Assembly: GCA_965221905.1 (NCBI GenBank)
Contig: OZ244922.1
Coordinates: 640,001-704,000 of the forward strand
DNA length: 64,000 nucleotides
Reading direction: 5' to 3'
Source: Chloroflexota bacterium
GTDB lineage: Bacteria > Chloroflexota > UBA11872 > VXOZ01
This document shows, one piece after another, positions 50,090 to 60,416 of the stretch. The first letter of the stretch is position 1. Every line of letters starts with the position of its first letter. Under the pieces are notes generated by a model. The model saw nothing but the letters and a program-made list of their open reading frames with translations, was not told where the DNA came from and searched no databases. Both the position numbers and the translations under genes were made by a program.

Positions 50090-50542
50090 ATGCGTGTCGT
50101 CTTGCTCAAGGATGTGCCCGAATTGGGTCAGGCAGGCCAGGTAAAGGATGTTGCTGACGGCCATGCGCGCAACTACCTCATTCCTCGCGGCTTTGCACAA
50201 ATGGCGACCAAGGGCGCGGAGCGCTTGTGGGATGTACAGAAGGAGGCCACGGTACGGCGCGCTGCGACCGAGCGGCAGGAGGCCGCGGAAACCGCCGCCA
50301 AACTGAGCGGCGCGACCGTTGTGGTCACAGCGCGCGTCGGCGAACAGGACCGCCTCTATGGATCTGTTACCGGTCAACATATTGCCGAGGCCATCAAAGA
50401 ACAGACTGATTTCGAGATCGACCGGCATGCTCTTGAAATAGAGCAGCCGATTCGCGACCTGGGTACCTATACCGTTTCGATCAAGCTCGGACATGCCGTG
50501 GAAGCGGCGATTTCGGTGGAAGTGCAAAAAGAGGAAGTGTAA
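50090..50542 (+). CDS. rplI: 50S ribosomal protein L9
   Basis: MRVVLLKDV..LG..G.VKDVADGHARNYLIP and RLYGSVT motifs; AAGGAG RBS. Confidence 0.98.
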   Translation: MRVVLLKDVPELGQAGQVKDVADGHARNYLIPRGFAQMATKGAERLWDVQKEATVRRAATERQEAAETAAKLSGATVVVTARVGEQDRLYGSVTGQHIAEAIKEQTDFEIDRHALEIEQPIRDLGTYTVSIKLGHAVEAAISVEVQKEEV

Positions 50543-51916
50543 GTGGCGGCTGACTTCGTGGCAAACACCAATACTGAGCGCCTGCCCCCGCAGAACATCG
50601 AGGCGGAGCAAGCGGTATTGGGCAGCATGCTCATCGATTCTGAGGCCGTCGAGCGTGTCGCGCAGTTTCTTCAGCCTGAAGATTTCTACCGGCAGGCGCA
50701 CCAACACATCTTCCGTGCGGGGATCGCGCTGTACGAGCGCCGTGAGCCGAGGGACTTCGTGACCGTCTGCGATGAGCTGCAACGGATGCAGCAGCTTGAT
50801 GAGGTCGGCGGCGAGACTTACATTGCTTCTCTAGTCAATGTTACGCCAACGTCGGTGCACGCGGAACACTATGGGCACATCGTCGAACGCTGTGCGGTGA
50901 TGCGGCGCATCATCAGTGCCGCTAGCGAAATCGCTGCGATTGGCTACGATACGCAGCTCGACGTTGAAGATGCTTTGGATAGGGCGGAGCAAGTGCTCTT
51001 CGGTCTCGCCCGTCACGCCGCAGACCAAGACTTCGTGCATATTCGCCCCATAGTGGACGAATACTGGGAAAAGCTGACGGGTGCCCGGCACGGCGAACAG
51101 GCAGCGCCCGGCATTCGTTCGGGGTTCAAGGGCCTTGACCGCCTCACGGCCGGATTGCAACGATCGGATCTGATCATCATTGCCGGTCGGCCCTCCACCG
51201 GCAAGACCACTTTGGCACTTAACATTGCAAGTAAGCTCGCTATCATGGAGCCTAAAGTGCCGGTGGGCATCTTCAGCCTGGAGATGTCCGCCGAGCAGCT
51301 AGCGCAAAGGTTTCTCTGCATGCTCGCCCGTGTCGATTCTCACCGTCTCCGTTTGGGCGAACTGACCGACAGAGAATGGGAGAACCTGACCGGCACGGTT
51401 GGAGCTTTGACTGAGGCGCCGATCTACGTGGATGACAGCGGCTTTCTCAATTCCATGGACTTGCGCACGAAAGCGCGACGACTCCAAGCGAGAGCAAACA
51501 TCGGCCTGCTCGTCGTGGATTACCTGCAACTCATCCAAGGCCGCCGTGGCGGCGAAAACCGCGTGCAGGAAATCTCTGAGATATCCCGCTCGCTCAAGGC
51601 GCTGGCACGCGAACTCAATATTCCCGTGATCGCGCTCTCGCAGCTCTCACGCGCCGTGGAACAACGGGAGAATCACCGACCGATGCTCTCTGACCTGCGC
51701 GAATCGGGCGCCCTGGAACAAGACTCCGACTTGGTGATGTTCGTTTACCGCGACGAGATGTACGACGAGGATTCGCCCCGCAAGGGGGAGGCGGACATCA
51801 TCCTGGCCAAACACCGTAACGGGCCTACGGGAACGGTGACTCTAAAGTTCCTAAACCAGTATTTCGCGTTTGAAGATAAGCCGGAGCCGCAACAGACGAA
51901 CGGCGCGCCATTCTAA
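50543..51916 (+). CDS. dnaB: Replicative DNA helicase
   Basis: PPQNIEAEQAVLG, GRPSTGKT, FSLEM, VDYLQL, LSQLSR, DLRESGALEQD and KHRNGPTG motifs; no intein. Confidence 0.98.
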   Translation: MAADFVANTNTERLPPQNIEAEQAVLGSMLIDSEAVERVAQFLQPEDFYRQAHQHIFRAGIALYERREPRDFVTVCDELQRMQQLDEVGGETYIASLVNVTPTSVHAEHYGHIVERCAVMRRIISAASEIAAIGYDTQLDVEDALDRAEQVLFGLARHAADQDFVHIRPIVDEYWEKLTGARHGEQAAPGIRSGFKGLDRLTAGLQRSDLIIIAGRPSTGKTTLALNIASKLAIMEPKVPVGIFSLEMSAEQLAQRFLCMLARVDSHRLRLGELTDREWENLTGTVGALTEAPIYVDDSGFLNSMDLRTKARRLQARANIGLLVVDYLQLIQGRRGGENRVQEISEISRSLKALARELNIPVIALSQLSRAVEQRENHRPMLSDLRESGALEQDSDLVMFVYRDEMYDEDSPRKGEADIILAKHRNGPTGTVTLKFLNQYFAFEDKPEPQQTNGAPF

Positions 51917-52080
51917 CGGAGCCCGCGGCTGCGGTTTGCCGGCGCCGGTCAAGTGCGAAAGGTCTACAGCCAGGGTGCTTCGTGTGGTGGCAGTATGAAA
52001 AGAGTGCCCGGGCGAGTCCTACGTACGGTGGGCTGAATCCAACTTTCCAGGCCGCGTAGGACGACGGTAGGTTCCATTCC

Positions 52081-52875
52081 ATGAATACGATTCGCATTGG
52101 ACTCGCGCCACTGAGACAGCCGGATTCCGTGCTGCATGGCGTCGAGAAGATTGACGCTGTGCTCGCCGCGTGCGCGGACGAACAGGTTGGCATCGTTTGC
52201 TTTCCGGAGGCCTACCTGCCCGGGCTGCGCGGGGCGAGCTTCGACCTGCCGGCTGTAGATCAACCGGTTATGGAGGAGGCGCTCAAGCGCCTGCGCGCTG
52301 CCTGCCGCGCCCACCACGTAGCGGCGATTGTCGGGCTGGAGTGGGAGAGTGAACTGGGGCTAGAGAATCGCGCCGTGGTGATCTCCGCTGCCGGCCGCGT
52401 GCTGGGTTACCAGACGAAGAATCAAATCACACCGGGCGGCGAATCGAGAAACTACGTGCCGGACGGCAAGCGGCGGATCTTCCGCACCGCGGGAGCCGTA
52501 TTCGGCATCACTATCTGCCATGAAGGGTGGCGGTACCCGGAGACCGTACGCTGGCCGACCGTTCGCGGCGCGCGCATCGTCTTCCAACCGCAGGTCACCG
52601 GCAGCGACAAGCAAGGCAAGGCGCTCACCACGTGGGGCGAGTCTCTTTATGAAAAATCCATGCAATGCCGCGCCGCAGAGAATGCCATCTACTTTGCCAG
52701 TGTCAACCAGGCCATGCGCTACCAAAACTCCGCGACAAGCCTCATCGACCCCCAGGGCAACCTGATCGCGTCCGTTCCCTACGGCAAAGAGGACCTCCTC
52801 ATCGCCGACCTGGACTTGACCAAGGCGACGCGGTTCTACGCCCGCCGCTACAATCCGGCGTGGTATCCGGAATAG
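52081..52875 (+). CDS. Carbon-nitrogen hydrolase (nitrilase superfamily)
   Basis: FPE, K and ICHE catalytic triad motifs; RAAEN. Confidence 0.9.
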   Translation: MNTIRIGLAPLRQPDSVLHGVEKIDAVLAACADEQVGIVCFPEAYLPGLRGASFDLPAVDQPVMEEALKRLRAACRAHHVAAIVGLEWESELGLENRAVVISAAGRVLGYQTKNQITPGGESRNYVPDGKRRIFRTAGAVFGITICHEGWRYPETVRWPTVRGARIVFQPQVTGSDKQGKALTTWGESLYEKSMQCRAAENAIYFASVNQAMRYQNSATSLIDPQGNLIASVPYGKEDLLIADLDLTKATRFYARRYNPAWYPE

Positions 52876-52939
52876 GTCTTAGCAATACTGACTTGGCGAA
52901 TTACTTGCAGTTGACTGTCACTGAATGGGGGTAAAGAAG

Positions 52940-53212
52940 ATGGCCGCGCCAGCAAATCAATACAAGCCGGACTATGCAGTTCCGCCGGGCTGGGTATTGG
53001 CTGAATATCTTGAGACTAGAGGCATATCGCAGGCCGAATTTGCGCGCCGGTGCGGCTGCTCGCCCAAGCTCATCAGCGACATAATCGCCGGTGTGGCTCC
53101 TGTAAGCCTCGAGACCGCGCTGCTTTTTGAGAGAGTCTTAGGTCTCAAAGCATCCGTGTGGTTAGGGATAGAATCTGAATATCGGCTTCACCAAGAGCAA
53201 ACGGTCGGGTAG
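52940..53212 (+). CDS. HigA-like HTH antitoxin/regulator, orphan
   Basis: VPPGWVLAEYLE..GISQAEFARR...ETALLFERVLG...W motif. Confidence 0.85.
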   Translation: MAAPANQYKPDYAVPPGWVLAEYLETRGISQAEFARRCGCSPKLISDIIAGVAPVSLETALLFERVLGLKASVWLGIESEYRLHQEQTVG

Positions 53213-53255
53213 CTTGCTTTCGCCGACGGCAGGGGCGTGGTTTGGAAGCGCTTGT

Positions 53256-53741
53256 TTACGTAGTGCCCGTGAATCGCGGCAGGCCGGCTGCGGTGAGAAT
53301 GGCTTCCTCTTGCGCGCGCATCTTCATGTGGTCGGTTTCTACGGAATGAACGTGCCCAATGAGATGCAGGAAGCCGTGGACGAACAGGTAGGCGAGTTCG
53401 CGCTCCTCGCTATGGCCGTAGGCTGCGGCCTGCGCTTGGACGCGCGGCATGGAAATCGCAATGTCTCCCAGGCATTCTCCGCCGTCCGCCGGTAGCGCAG
53501 GTTTGAAACCTGCGTTCTCTAGCGAGGGATCGCGTTGGGGGAATGAGAGCACGTCCGTGGGGGCATTCTGGTGGCGGTAGGTGTGATTCAGCACCTTTAA
53601 GCGTGCATCGTCGGTAAGCAATACCGTGACCTCGACAGACGCGGGCGTGTTCGTAGCCGTGCAGGCTACCATGAAAACGCGCTCGAGCAGCGCGCGCTGG
53701 GCCGGACATTCAGCCATGTCTTCCCACAGGATCGTCAGCAT
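53256..53741 (-). CDS. ybeY: rRNA maturation endoribonuclease YbeY
   Basis: LNHTYR...PTDVLSF, LGDIAIS and HGFLHLIGHVH motifs. Confidence 0.95.
   Translation of the reverse strand: MLTILWEDMAECPAQRALLERVFMVACTATNTPASVEVTVLLTDDARLKVLNHTYRHQNAPTDVLSFPQRDPSLENAGFKPALPADGGECLGDIAISMPRVQAQAAAYGHSEERELAYLFVHGFLHLIGHVHSVETDHMKMRAQEEAILTAAGLPRFTGTT
53489..53514. repeat. REP family C copy inside the ybeY coding sequence
   Basis: CCGGTAGCGCAGGTTTGAAACCTGCG is 25/26 identical to the reverse complement of the core at 42093 and 42258. Confidence 0.82.
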
Positions 53742-54961
53742 GCCGCGTCTGATTGCGCGCCGCCGCGTCGGCGCCACGCCTGATGATAGACTGCCAAGAG
53801 TTTTGACGTGGCGCCGGACCAAGAACGCTCCTGCTCCGCCTTAGCGCGCAGCACGTGCCCCAACCGGCGACGGTGATCGATGTCATCCAGGAGCCCGCGC
53901 AACTTTTCAGCCAGGGACTCCGGATCGCCCACAGCCGCGTAGACGCCGTGTTCGCCGAGTATCTCCTGTGCCACCGGTGTCGCAAATGTCACCGTGGGCA
54001 GCCCGCAGGCCATGTAGTTGAGCAGCTTGCCGTTCCCTTCCGTCTCCGAGAGTTTCGGGGAAACGGCCACGTCGCCGATTGCCAAGTAATAGGGCGCCTC
54101 GGCGTAGGGGATGCGGCCGGGAAAGGTCGTATGCTCGGCGATGCCCATGCGCTGGGCGACGCTCTGGTAGTAGTGGTGTCCCGGGTATCCCATTATCAGA
54201 AAGTGGGTCTGCGGACGCACGGCGACGAGGGACTTGGCAGCCTGCAGCAGGTGTGAAATCCCCTGGTACTCCGCTAACAGGCCCAGAAAAACAACCACGT
54301 CGCGCTCCGGCGGGATCTCGAGATTGCGGCGGAGCGTAGCGGCTCTATCTGCCACGGCGGCATCCGTCCAACCCGGCTTGAACTTTGTGGGATCGACGCA
54401 ATCCGCCACCGTCGTCACACGTTCCGGTGAGATGGCAAAGTCGTCTACGAGCAAGTCCGCCGCGTTCGCTGAACTGGTGATGATATGGTCCGCAAAGCGA
54501 TTGATGGTCCGTTCGGCACGGTCGAGCAGGGGCAGCAGCGGACTGTTCTTCCTAAGGAAGTTGTGGTCGATCATCTCGCGGGTCAGGCTGCCTTGAAAAT
54601 CGAAGACGAGGGGGGATCGGGTGGCTTTGCTGACGATACTGCCGACGAGCGCGCCTTCGTGTAGATGCCCGTGCACGATGTCCACGGGACGCTTTCGGGC
54701 CCATGCCAGCGCGCGGGCGGCCAACAGGGCGTCGAAGTAGAGCTTGTGCCAGTGCGAGCCGACGCGTACATCGCCGTGCCAGGGAATGCGCGGGATCCGG
54801 ATCACCGACAGGCCGGGAGGCGTTGTACCCGTGTGGTAGGTAGCAACGGTGAGGTGGTGCCCCCGGGCCTGCAGGCCGCGCGCCTCCTCCAGAATGCGCA
54901 CATGGCAGCCGTAGTCGGCGAAGAACGAAGTGGGGGCAATCTTCAGGATGTGGTAGCCCAC
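53735..54961 (-). CDS. GT4 family glycosyltransferase
   Basis: GT-B fold with YQGI..LL and EGNGKLLNYMACGLPTV motifs. Confidence 0.9.
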   Translation of the reverse strand: MGYHILKIAPTSFFADYGCHVRILEEARGLQARGHHLTVATYHTGTTPPGLSVIRIPRIPWHGDVRVGSHWHKLYFDALLAARALAWARKRPVDIVHGHLHEGALVGSIVSKATRSPLVFDFQGSLTREMIDHNFLRKNSPLLPLLDRAERTINRFADHIITSSANAADLLVDDFAISPERVTTVADCVDPTKFKPGWTDAAVADRAATLRRNLEIPPERDVVVFLGLLAEYQGISHLLQAAKSLVAVRPQTHFLIMGYPGHHYYQSVAQRMGIAEHTTFPGRIPYAEAPYYLAIGDVAVSPKLSETEGNGKLLNYMACGLPTVTFATPVAQEILGEHGVYAAVGDPESLAEKLRGLLDDIDHRRRLGHVLRAKAEQERSWSGATSKLLAVYHQAWRRRGGAQSDAAC

Positions 54962-54964
54962 GGG

Positions 54965-55699
54965 TCAGCTCCGGGTCGGACGCGGTTCGCGCAAGAGGCG
55001 CCACCGCAGCCGCAACACCTCCCGGATTGCGCGCAAAATCACGCGTAGGCTGCCGCCGGTATTCTCGCCGGCGTGACGGGGCAGATGGCTGATGGAAACT
55101 TCCCCGACACGGAAACCGGCGCGCTTGGCTTGGACGAGAATCTCAATGTTGAAGACCGCGCCTGCCGCCTTTACATCGAGTGTGTCCACTACCTCGCGCC
55201 GAAAGATCTTGCAGCCGCAGTCCATGTCGTGCACCACGAACCCAAAGAGGGTGCGGTTGAGGAGGTTCCAAAGCAGCGCAAAGAACAAACGATGTGAGGG
55301 GTCTTTACGCTGAACGCGATGGCCGACCACGACGTCGTAGGAGTCCAGTGCCTTAAGCATCGGCACAATGTCGGCCGTGCGGTACTGTGAGTCGGAGTCG
55401 CGCCAGCCGACGATTTCCATCTTGGCAGTCTTCAGTCCTGTCCAAATAGCAGAACCGTAGCCGCGAATCGGCTGATGTATGAGCCGGACGCGCGCATTCT
55501 CTGACTGGAGCTGACGGACGATATCCGCCGTATTATCCGTGCTGTCATTGTCAACGACAATGACCTCGTAGTCCTGCGCGACCCGTCGCAGGGTTTGTAC
55601 ACAGTCGTCCACCGTAGATGCAATGTCGTCCGCCTCATTAAGCGCAGGCAGTACGAGGGAGACGGTCAATGCGGGCATCGCAGGTGTTTTTGTAGACAT
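54965..55699 (-). CDS. GT2 family (polyprenol-phosphate glycosyltransferase-like)
   Basis: VLPALNE, VDNDSTDNT, GYGSA, DSDSQY and DMDCG motifs. Confidence 0.9.
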   Translation of the reverse strand: MSTKTPAMPALTVSLVLPALNEADDIASTVDDCVQTLRRVAQDYEVIVVDNDSTDNTADIVRQLQSENARVRLIHQPIRGYGSAIWTGLKTAKMEIVGWRDSDSQYRTADIVPMLKALDSYDVVVGHRVQRKDPSHRLFFALLWNLLNRTLFGFVVHDMDCGCKIFRREVVDTLDVKAAGAVFNIEILVQAKRAGFRVGEVSISHLPRHAGENTGGSLRVILRAIREVLRLRWRLLREPRPTRS

Positions 55700-55896
55700 A
55701 AGTGAATTATACTACGCTTCCACTTCGAGGCAAATCACAAGAGAATTCTGTCGATCCGGTTCTTCTGTTCATCTCGGTGCTCATGGAGCGCATCTAATCC
55801 CATTGATATCGCGAAGGTTGTCGCAAGCCAAGGCCATGGCCGAACAGTTGGTTCCTCCGTGTGAGTGATTCTCAATTAGATGATGTGCCCATACGC

Positions 55897-57321
55897 CTAA
55901 TAGGCTCCCTTGCCGCGCAGCACGATCCAAATCGTCTTCCAAAGTATGATTAGATCGAGGAGCGGCGAATAGTTCTGGATATAGTATAGGTCGTACTGCA
56001 CGTTGTGATGCAGAGGCAGATCGCTCCTGCCGTTGATCTGCCACCAGCCCGTCATGCCCGGCGCCACGGCGAGGCGCTGGCGCTGCCACGGCTCATAGCG
56101 TTCAACCATCCACGGCAACTCCGGACGCGGCCCTACCAGGCTCATCTCTCCCTTGAGCACGTTGATGAGGTTGGGGAGTTCGTCCAAGCTCGTCCTACGC
56201 AGCAAGCGGCCCATACGCGTAACCCGCGAATCATCTCGAGGCTTGTACACTTCTTCCAGACGCGCCCCCTGGGCGATTTTTTCCTCGAACTGGCGTTCGG
56301 CGTCGGCGACCATCGTACGGAATTTGTTCATCATAAAGTGTCTGCCGTTTTCGCCGACGCGGCGCTGCCTGAAGATAACCGGGCCCGGAGAATCGAGCTT
56401 TGTAGCAAGCGCAATGACAATCATGAGCGGCGCCAACACGACAACCGCCAGGGTCGCAAGCACAAGATCGAACACACGTTTCACCACCCTGTCCAAGCCC
56501 GTAATGGCCGGATCGCGAATGCCGATGAGGGGGATGCCGTTCAGGTCTTCGACTTGGGCTCGTGCTGTTGCCAACTCAAGCAGATCGGGCACGATGCGCA
56601 CCCGCACGGGGAGCGCAGCCAGCATTTCCACGGCCGCAACCATCTGCTCGTGTTCTCTTGCAGAAAGAGCTATGATCACTTCTTCGACACGCTGATCTGC
56701 CACGAGCCGCGGCAGATCAGCCATTGTACCCAGAAGACGAATACTGTCGTCATCCGGCTTGTCGGCAGCATCGAGGCCGACGACACCGAGGGGCTGAAGG
56801 AACATCCAATGCCGCTCACGGAGTAATACAATGATCTCTCTTGCGATTTCACCGGTGCCGATTACGAGCACCGGCCGTTGTGCTTCCCAGTCCGCCAGCA
56901 CCGTACGGAGGACTAACCGCACTATCCACCGCAGGTTTACGAGCAACGCAAGGTTTATGGCATAGAAGTAAACGGTTATCAAGCGGGAAAAGAACTCATC
57001 GTAGAAGAAGAGGAAGGCGCTAAAGACCACGGTGGAGACGGTTACGGCGATGAGCAGGGATTGCACTTCCAGGAAGAAGCTATGGGCTCGTCGCTCATCG
57101 TAAACGCCGAAGTACCAGAGGAAGAAAGCCCAGATGAGCAGCGTCCCCACAAACACGCTGGGAGCGAGGAAAACTTGGCTGGAGGCAAACCCTGGATTGC
57201 CAAAGGGAACAGCCGGCAAGGTGCGCCGCAGCCAATCTGCCAGCGAGAGCGCGCCCATTGTTAGGAGCAGGTCGAGAATGAAAATCGTTGCGACGAACTG
57301 AAATCGCGACTGCTTAAGCAC
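55897..57321 (-). CDS. Priming sugar-phosphate transferase (WcaJ/CpsE-like)
   Basis: N-terminal TM helices; KRVFD, KFRTM, SLDELP, GEMSLVGPRPE and PGMTGWWQ motifs. Confidence 0.95.
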   Translation of the reverse strand: MLKQSRFQFVATIFILDLLLTMGALSLADWLRRTLPAVPFGNPGFASSQVFLAPSVFVGTLLIWAFFLWYFGVYDERRAHSFFLEVQSLLIAVTVSTVVFSAFLFFYDEFFSRLITVYFYAINLALLVNLRWIVRLVLRTVLADWEAQRPVLVIGTGEIAREIIVLLRERHWMFLQPLGVVGLDAADKPDDDSIRLLGTMADLPRLVADQRVEEVIIALSAREHEQMVAAVEMLAALPVRVRIVPDLLELATARAQVEDLNGIPLIGIRDPAITGLDRVVKRVFDLVLATLAVVVLAPLMIVIALATKLDSPGPVIFRQRRVGENGRHFMMNKFRTMVADAERQFEEKIAQGARLEEVYKPRDDSRVTRMGRLLRRTSLDELPNLINVLKGEMSLVGPRPELPWMVERYEPWQRQRLAVAPGMTGWWQINGRSDLPLHHNVQYDLYYIQNYSPLLDLIILWKTIWIVLRGKGAY

Positions 57322-57342
57322 AGATTCCGATACTCCTCTGCA

Positions 57343-58536
57343 TCAACCTGGCCGCCCTTCGCCCGCCGGCGGCGTATTGTGAAGAACGCTCAAGTAGAGT
57401 TCTCCGGTTAGGTCCAGCATACGCTGCTGGGAAAAACGAGTTTCCACAGCGTGCAATGCACTCTCTCCAAGCTCTTGTGCACGCGCGCTATTGCACAGTA
57501 GCTCATGGACGTGGGTTGCCAGTAACTCTACATCTCCAACGGGCGCAAGCATACCAGTTCTATTATGCTCCAGAATATCACTGGTGCCTACTGCGGCCGT
57601 TGCTACTATTGGCTTTGCCAATGCCATCGCTTCCAGGACACTGAACGGCATGCCTTCCCAGCGAGAGGTGAGCAGGAACACGTCAAGCAATCGTACTAAG
57701 CCGAGGGCGTCGGCGCGATAGCCGAGGAAGTGCACCTGTTCCGACAGGCCGAGCGCTGCTGCTTGGGCGCGAATGGCGCTCTCCTGCGGGCCGCCGTGAC
57801 CGATCCAAAGGAAGTGCGCGTCCGGCAGGCGAGCATGGAGGCGCTGAATGACCGCCAACGTGTCTTCCGGCGCTTTCTGAGGAATGAAGCGCGCGAGTGT
57901 GCCGACAAGCGGCGCGTTTTGCGGAATGCCGAATGCTGCACGGTCGGGCGAGTCTTGGGCGCGTTGCTGAACCTCGCGTGAATCCACGCCGTTCTCGATA
58001 AGGGTCACACGGTCCTCAGAGGCCAGCCCGTACTTGACCGCCACGTCGCGCTCAGAGGCTGAGAGCGCCACGAGCCGGTCGGTAAGGCGCCCGGCGAATC
58101 GCTCCAGACTCAGATAGAATTGCCGCCCTAAACCGGAACTGCCGAGGAAGTAGAAGCCCTGGGGGGAATGGACAATCTTCGCGCCGGTTGCCATGCGGCC
58201 CACGACTCTGCCCAGTATCCCGGCTTTCGAGCTATGGGTATGGATGATGTCGAATTGCCCGCGGCGGACGAGTCGGTAAAGGGTGCTCGCGGCACGCGCA
58301 TCTTGCCACGGCCGCACGGCGCGTATCATCGGCACCGGCAAAACCGGGATGCCGGCCTCGCGCAAGTCCGATACGAATGAGGTATCTCCTTGCGCCTCCG
58401 AGCGTACGAGAGGACAAGCCATTACTACGTCGAACGTTGAACTGTCCAGACCGGTGGCGAGGGTGTAACCGTGGCGCTTGGTGCCCCCTATGGTGGCCTC
58501 AAGAACGTGAAGCACACGCACGCGCTGCTGATTCAT
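57343..58536 (-). CDS. GT4 family glycosyltransferase
   Basis: HTHSSKAG and SRWEGMPFSVLEAMA motifs. Confidence 0.93.
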   Translation of the reverse strand: MNQQRVRVLHVLEATIGGTKRHGYTLATGLDSSTFDVVMACPLVRSEAQGDTSFVSDLREAGIPVLPVPMIRAVRPWQDARAASTLYRLVRRGQFDIIHTHSSKAGILGRVVGRMATGAKIVHSPQGFYFLGSSGLGRQFYLSLERFAGRLTDRLVALSASERDVAVKYGLASEDRVTLIENGVDSREVQQRAQDSPDRAAFGIPQNAPLVGTLARFIPQKAPEDTLAVIQRLHARLPDAHFLWIGHGGPQESAIRAQAAALGLSEQVHFLGYRADALGLVRLLDVFLLTSRWEGMPFSVLEAMALAKPIVATAAVGTSDILEHNRTGMLAPVGDVELLATHVHELLCNSARAQELGESALHAVETRFSQQRMLDLTGELYLSVLHNTPPAGEGRPG

Positions 58537-58749
58537 GAATGACTAGTCTGCGGTAGCGGTTTTCGTAGTTGCTGCAAGGGGCAAATCACGTCTGAGGCTA
58601 TGTGGGACAAGCCCTGTGAAACACTGTATTAGCATACCATACGGTGGGTCGCTTCACGCCGCAAGCAGGTGGGACTTAAGTATTCGACTGGTATTGGCAT
58701 GTTGATCAGGTAAGCTAAACGCTCGGCTTGGATGGAGATAAGCCGGGCG

Positions 58750-58870
58750 TTTGCAGTCTTGCAGCGCGAAGTCCGACAGCTTGTAACCGAGCCTACCTCT
58801 GCGAGCATATCGAGCTAGAGTTGCCACGAGAAGGTTGCACATCGGCCTTCAAATGGACTAGGACTAATCC
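58750..58870 (-). pseudogene. Decayed second copy of the FN3-like module of the upstream surface protein, in the same frame
   Basis: Reads SPFEGRCATFSWQL*LDMLAEVGSVTSCRTSRCK versus [34 protein letters not shown] in the 397 aa ORF; TAG at 58815-58817 aligns with Q. Confidence 0.7.
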
Positions 58871-58970
58871 CAAGTAGGAGGTTCAACCCAAATAAAGATC
58901 CATCTTTCCCATCCTCACGATCCTCCAGTAAAATATTGACCTTCGGCATATTCATTAACACCATCAGGAG

Positions 58971-60164
58971 TTACCTAGGGCTAAGGGCGTCCCATTCTTC
59001 AGGGGTAAGTGGGCGAAAACAGATCCAACTTCCATCTTCATAAATAGTACAATCTTCATCTTCAGGAGGAGTTGCCGGTGTTGGCGTTGGTTCCGGCGTT
59101 GGTAAAGGTGTCGGTATAGGCGTTGGTATGGGCGTTGGTATAGGCGTTGGTACCGGTGTTGGTATTGGTGTCGGTGTCGGGGTTGGTGGTGGTGGTGGCG
59201 GTGGGCCTACAGGCGTAGGCGTCGGAGTGGGTGTAGGGGTAGGCGTTGGAGTAGGTGTGGGTGTCAGCGTCGGTGTCGGGGTTGGTGGTGGTGGCGGTGG
59301 GCCTACAGGCGTCGGTGTCGGCGTCGGTGGTGGAGTTAGTGGCCCTGTAGGCGTCGGTGTCGGGGTTGGTGGTGGTGGTGGCGGTGGGCCTACAGGCGTC
59401 GGTGTAGGAGTGGGAGTTACGTTATCGATGGGAGTTTGACTCGAACCGTTTGCCGTGAGTGTAAGCGCGAGCGCGCTAACGCCCGCGGCATTCTTGGGCC
59501 TAATCTCATACTCATAGAGAACACCATCTTCAAGCCCGCACTGTTCATAGCTAGCGTCGGACACTGTTGCAAGCACGGAGAACGTATCTTCCCCGGAGAC
59601 TTCGGGCTTGCGACGCGAAATCTGATAGCCGGTAACCGCACTCGCCTCTTCAGTTGTGCTGTACTGGAATTCCCATGTGAAGCTAGCACACGGTCCCGGC
59701 CAAGGGCTACTGAAGGCAATTCCGGACGTAGGATTAGGAACAGAGCTACTTGTCGCTCGCGCAGTGGCAGGCTGAGGCGTCGGGGTTGCAGTCGGGGTTG
59801 AAATACCACCGCCAGGCGCGTAATCAGGCTCCCACGGGAAGCGCTCAGAATTCAGACGCTGCTGCAGGCCGTTGGGGCCGTTGATCCAGGTATGGTTGCC
59901 GTCGGTGAAAGCGGTGTGGTTGTCCGCATTACGCCAGACCAACAGCCCGCCGGTGGTGGCTTGTGTACTGTCTCCATTTTCGCTGAAATGCTCGTTTTCC
60001 AAGCATTCGCCCACAATTTCATGACCGATGAGGTCGCGCAGGGCCTTGAAGCCTAGGACGAACTCGCAATCAGCAGCTACAGCCGATGCAAGCGTAAGTG
60101 TTATAACGGCCAGCCCAAGCAAGAGTCCGATGAAGGCGCGTCGCAGGCGTATCGGCATTGACAT
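58971..60164 (-). CDS. Secreted surface protein: N-terminal CEFVLGF domain, FN3-like domain and long Pro/Thr-rich tail
   Basis: Signal peptide; W...VTGYQI...[23 protein letters not shown]3 pattern; (PT)n and poly-Pro tract at about 59075-59420. Confidence 0.85.
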   Translation of the reverse strand: MSMPIRLRRAFIGLLLGLAVITLTLASAVAADCEFVLGFKALRDLIGHEIVGECLENEHFSENGDSTQATTGGLLVWRNADNHTAFTDGNHTWINGPNGLQQRLNSERFPWEPDYAPGGGISTPTATPTPQPATARATSSSVPNPTSGIAFSSPWPGPCASFTWEFQYSTTEEASAVTGYQISRRKPEVSGEDTFSVLATVSDASYEQCGLEDGVLYEYEIRPKNAAGVSALALTLTANGSSQTPIDNVTPTPTPTPVGPPPPPPPTPTPTPTGPLTPPPTPTPTPVGPPPPPPTPTPTLTPTPTPTPTPTPTPTPTPVGPPPPPPPTPTPTPIPTPVPTPIPTPIPTPIPTPLPTPEPTPTPATPPEDEDCTIYEDGSWICFRPLTPEEWDALSPR

Positions 60165-60416
60165 TCCTTACTCTCCCTTGAGTGTATTGCCAGCTTTAGG
60201 ATACTACCATGGTTCTGCAATTCAAGATGCCACAGTACCACCGCTAATATAGAGGCAGCTACAAGTTGCGTCAATGCTGTGCCTTGCGGGTGTTGTGTTT
60301 ACTTAGGTATATAATTCCCAAGCAGGTTGATACAGTAACGACTGCATGCCGTTCTCACTTCTCCGGTGGCGCTAACAATGAATCAGTACGGTACTGCATA
60401 CGTCGGACGGGCCGGG

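Noticed and set aside
50543-51916. Intein in DnaB
   Set aside because: The length is normal (457 aa) and the helicase motifs are contiguous.
52016-52062. GTCCTACG/CGTAGGAC inverted repeat upstream of the nitrilase-family gene
   Set aside because: It is only an 8-bp stem with a long loop and has no second copy in the window, so it cannot be assigned.
59128-59439. Gly/Val-rich plus-strand ORF
   Set aside because: It is the reverse complement of the Pro/Thr tract of the surface protein.
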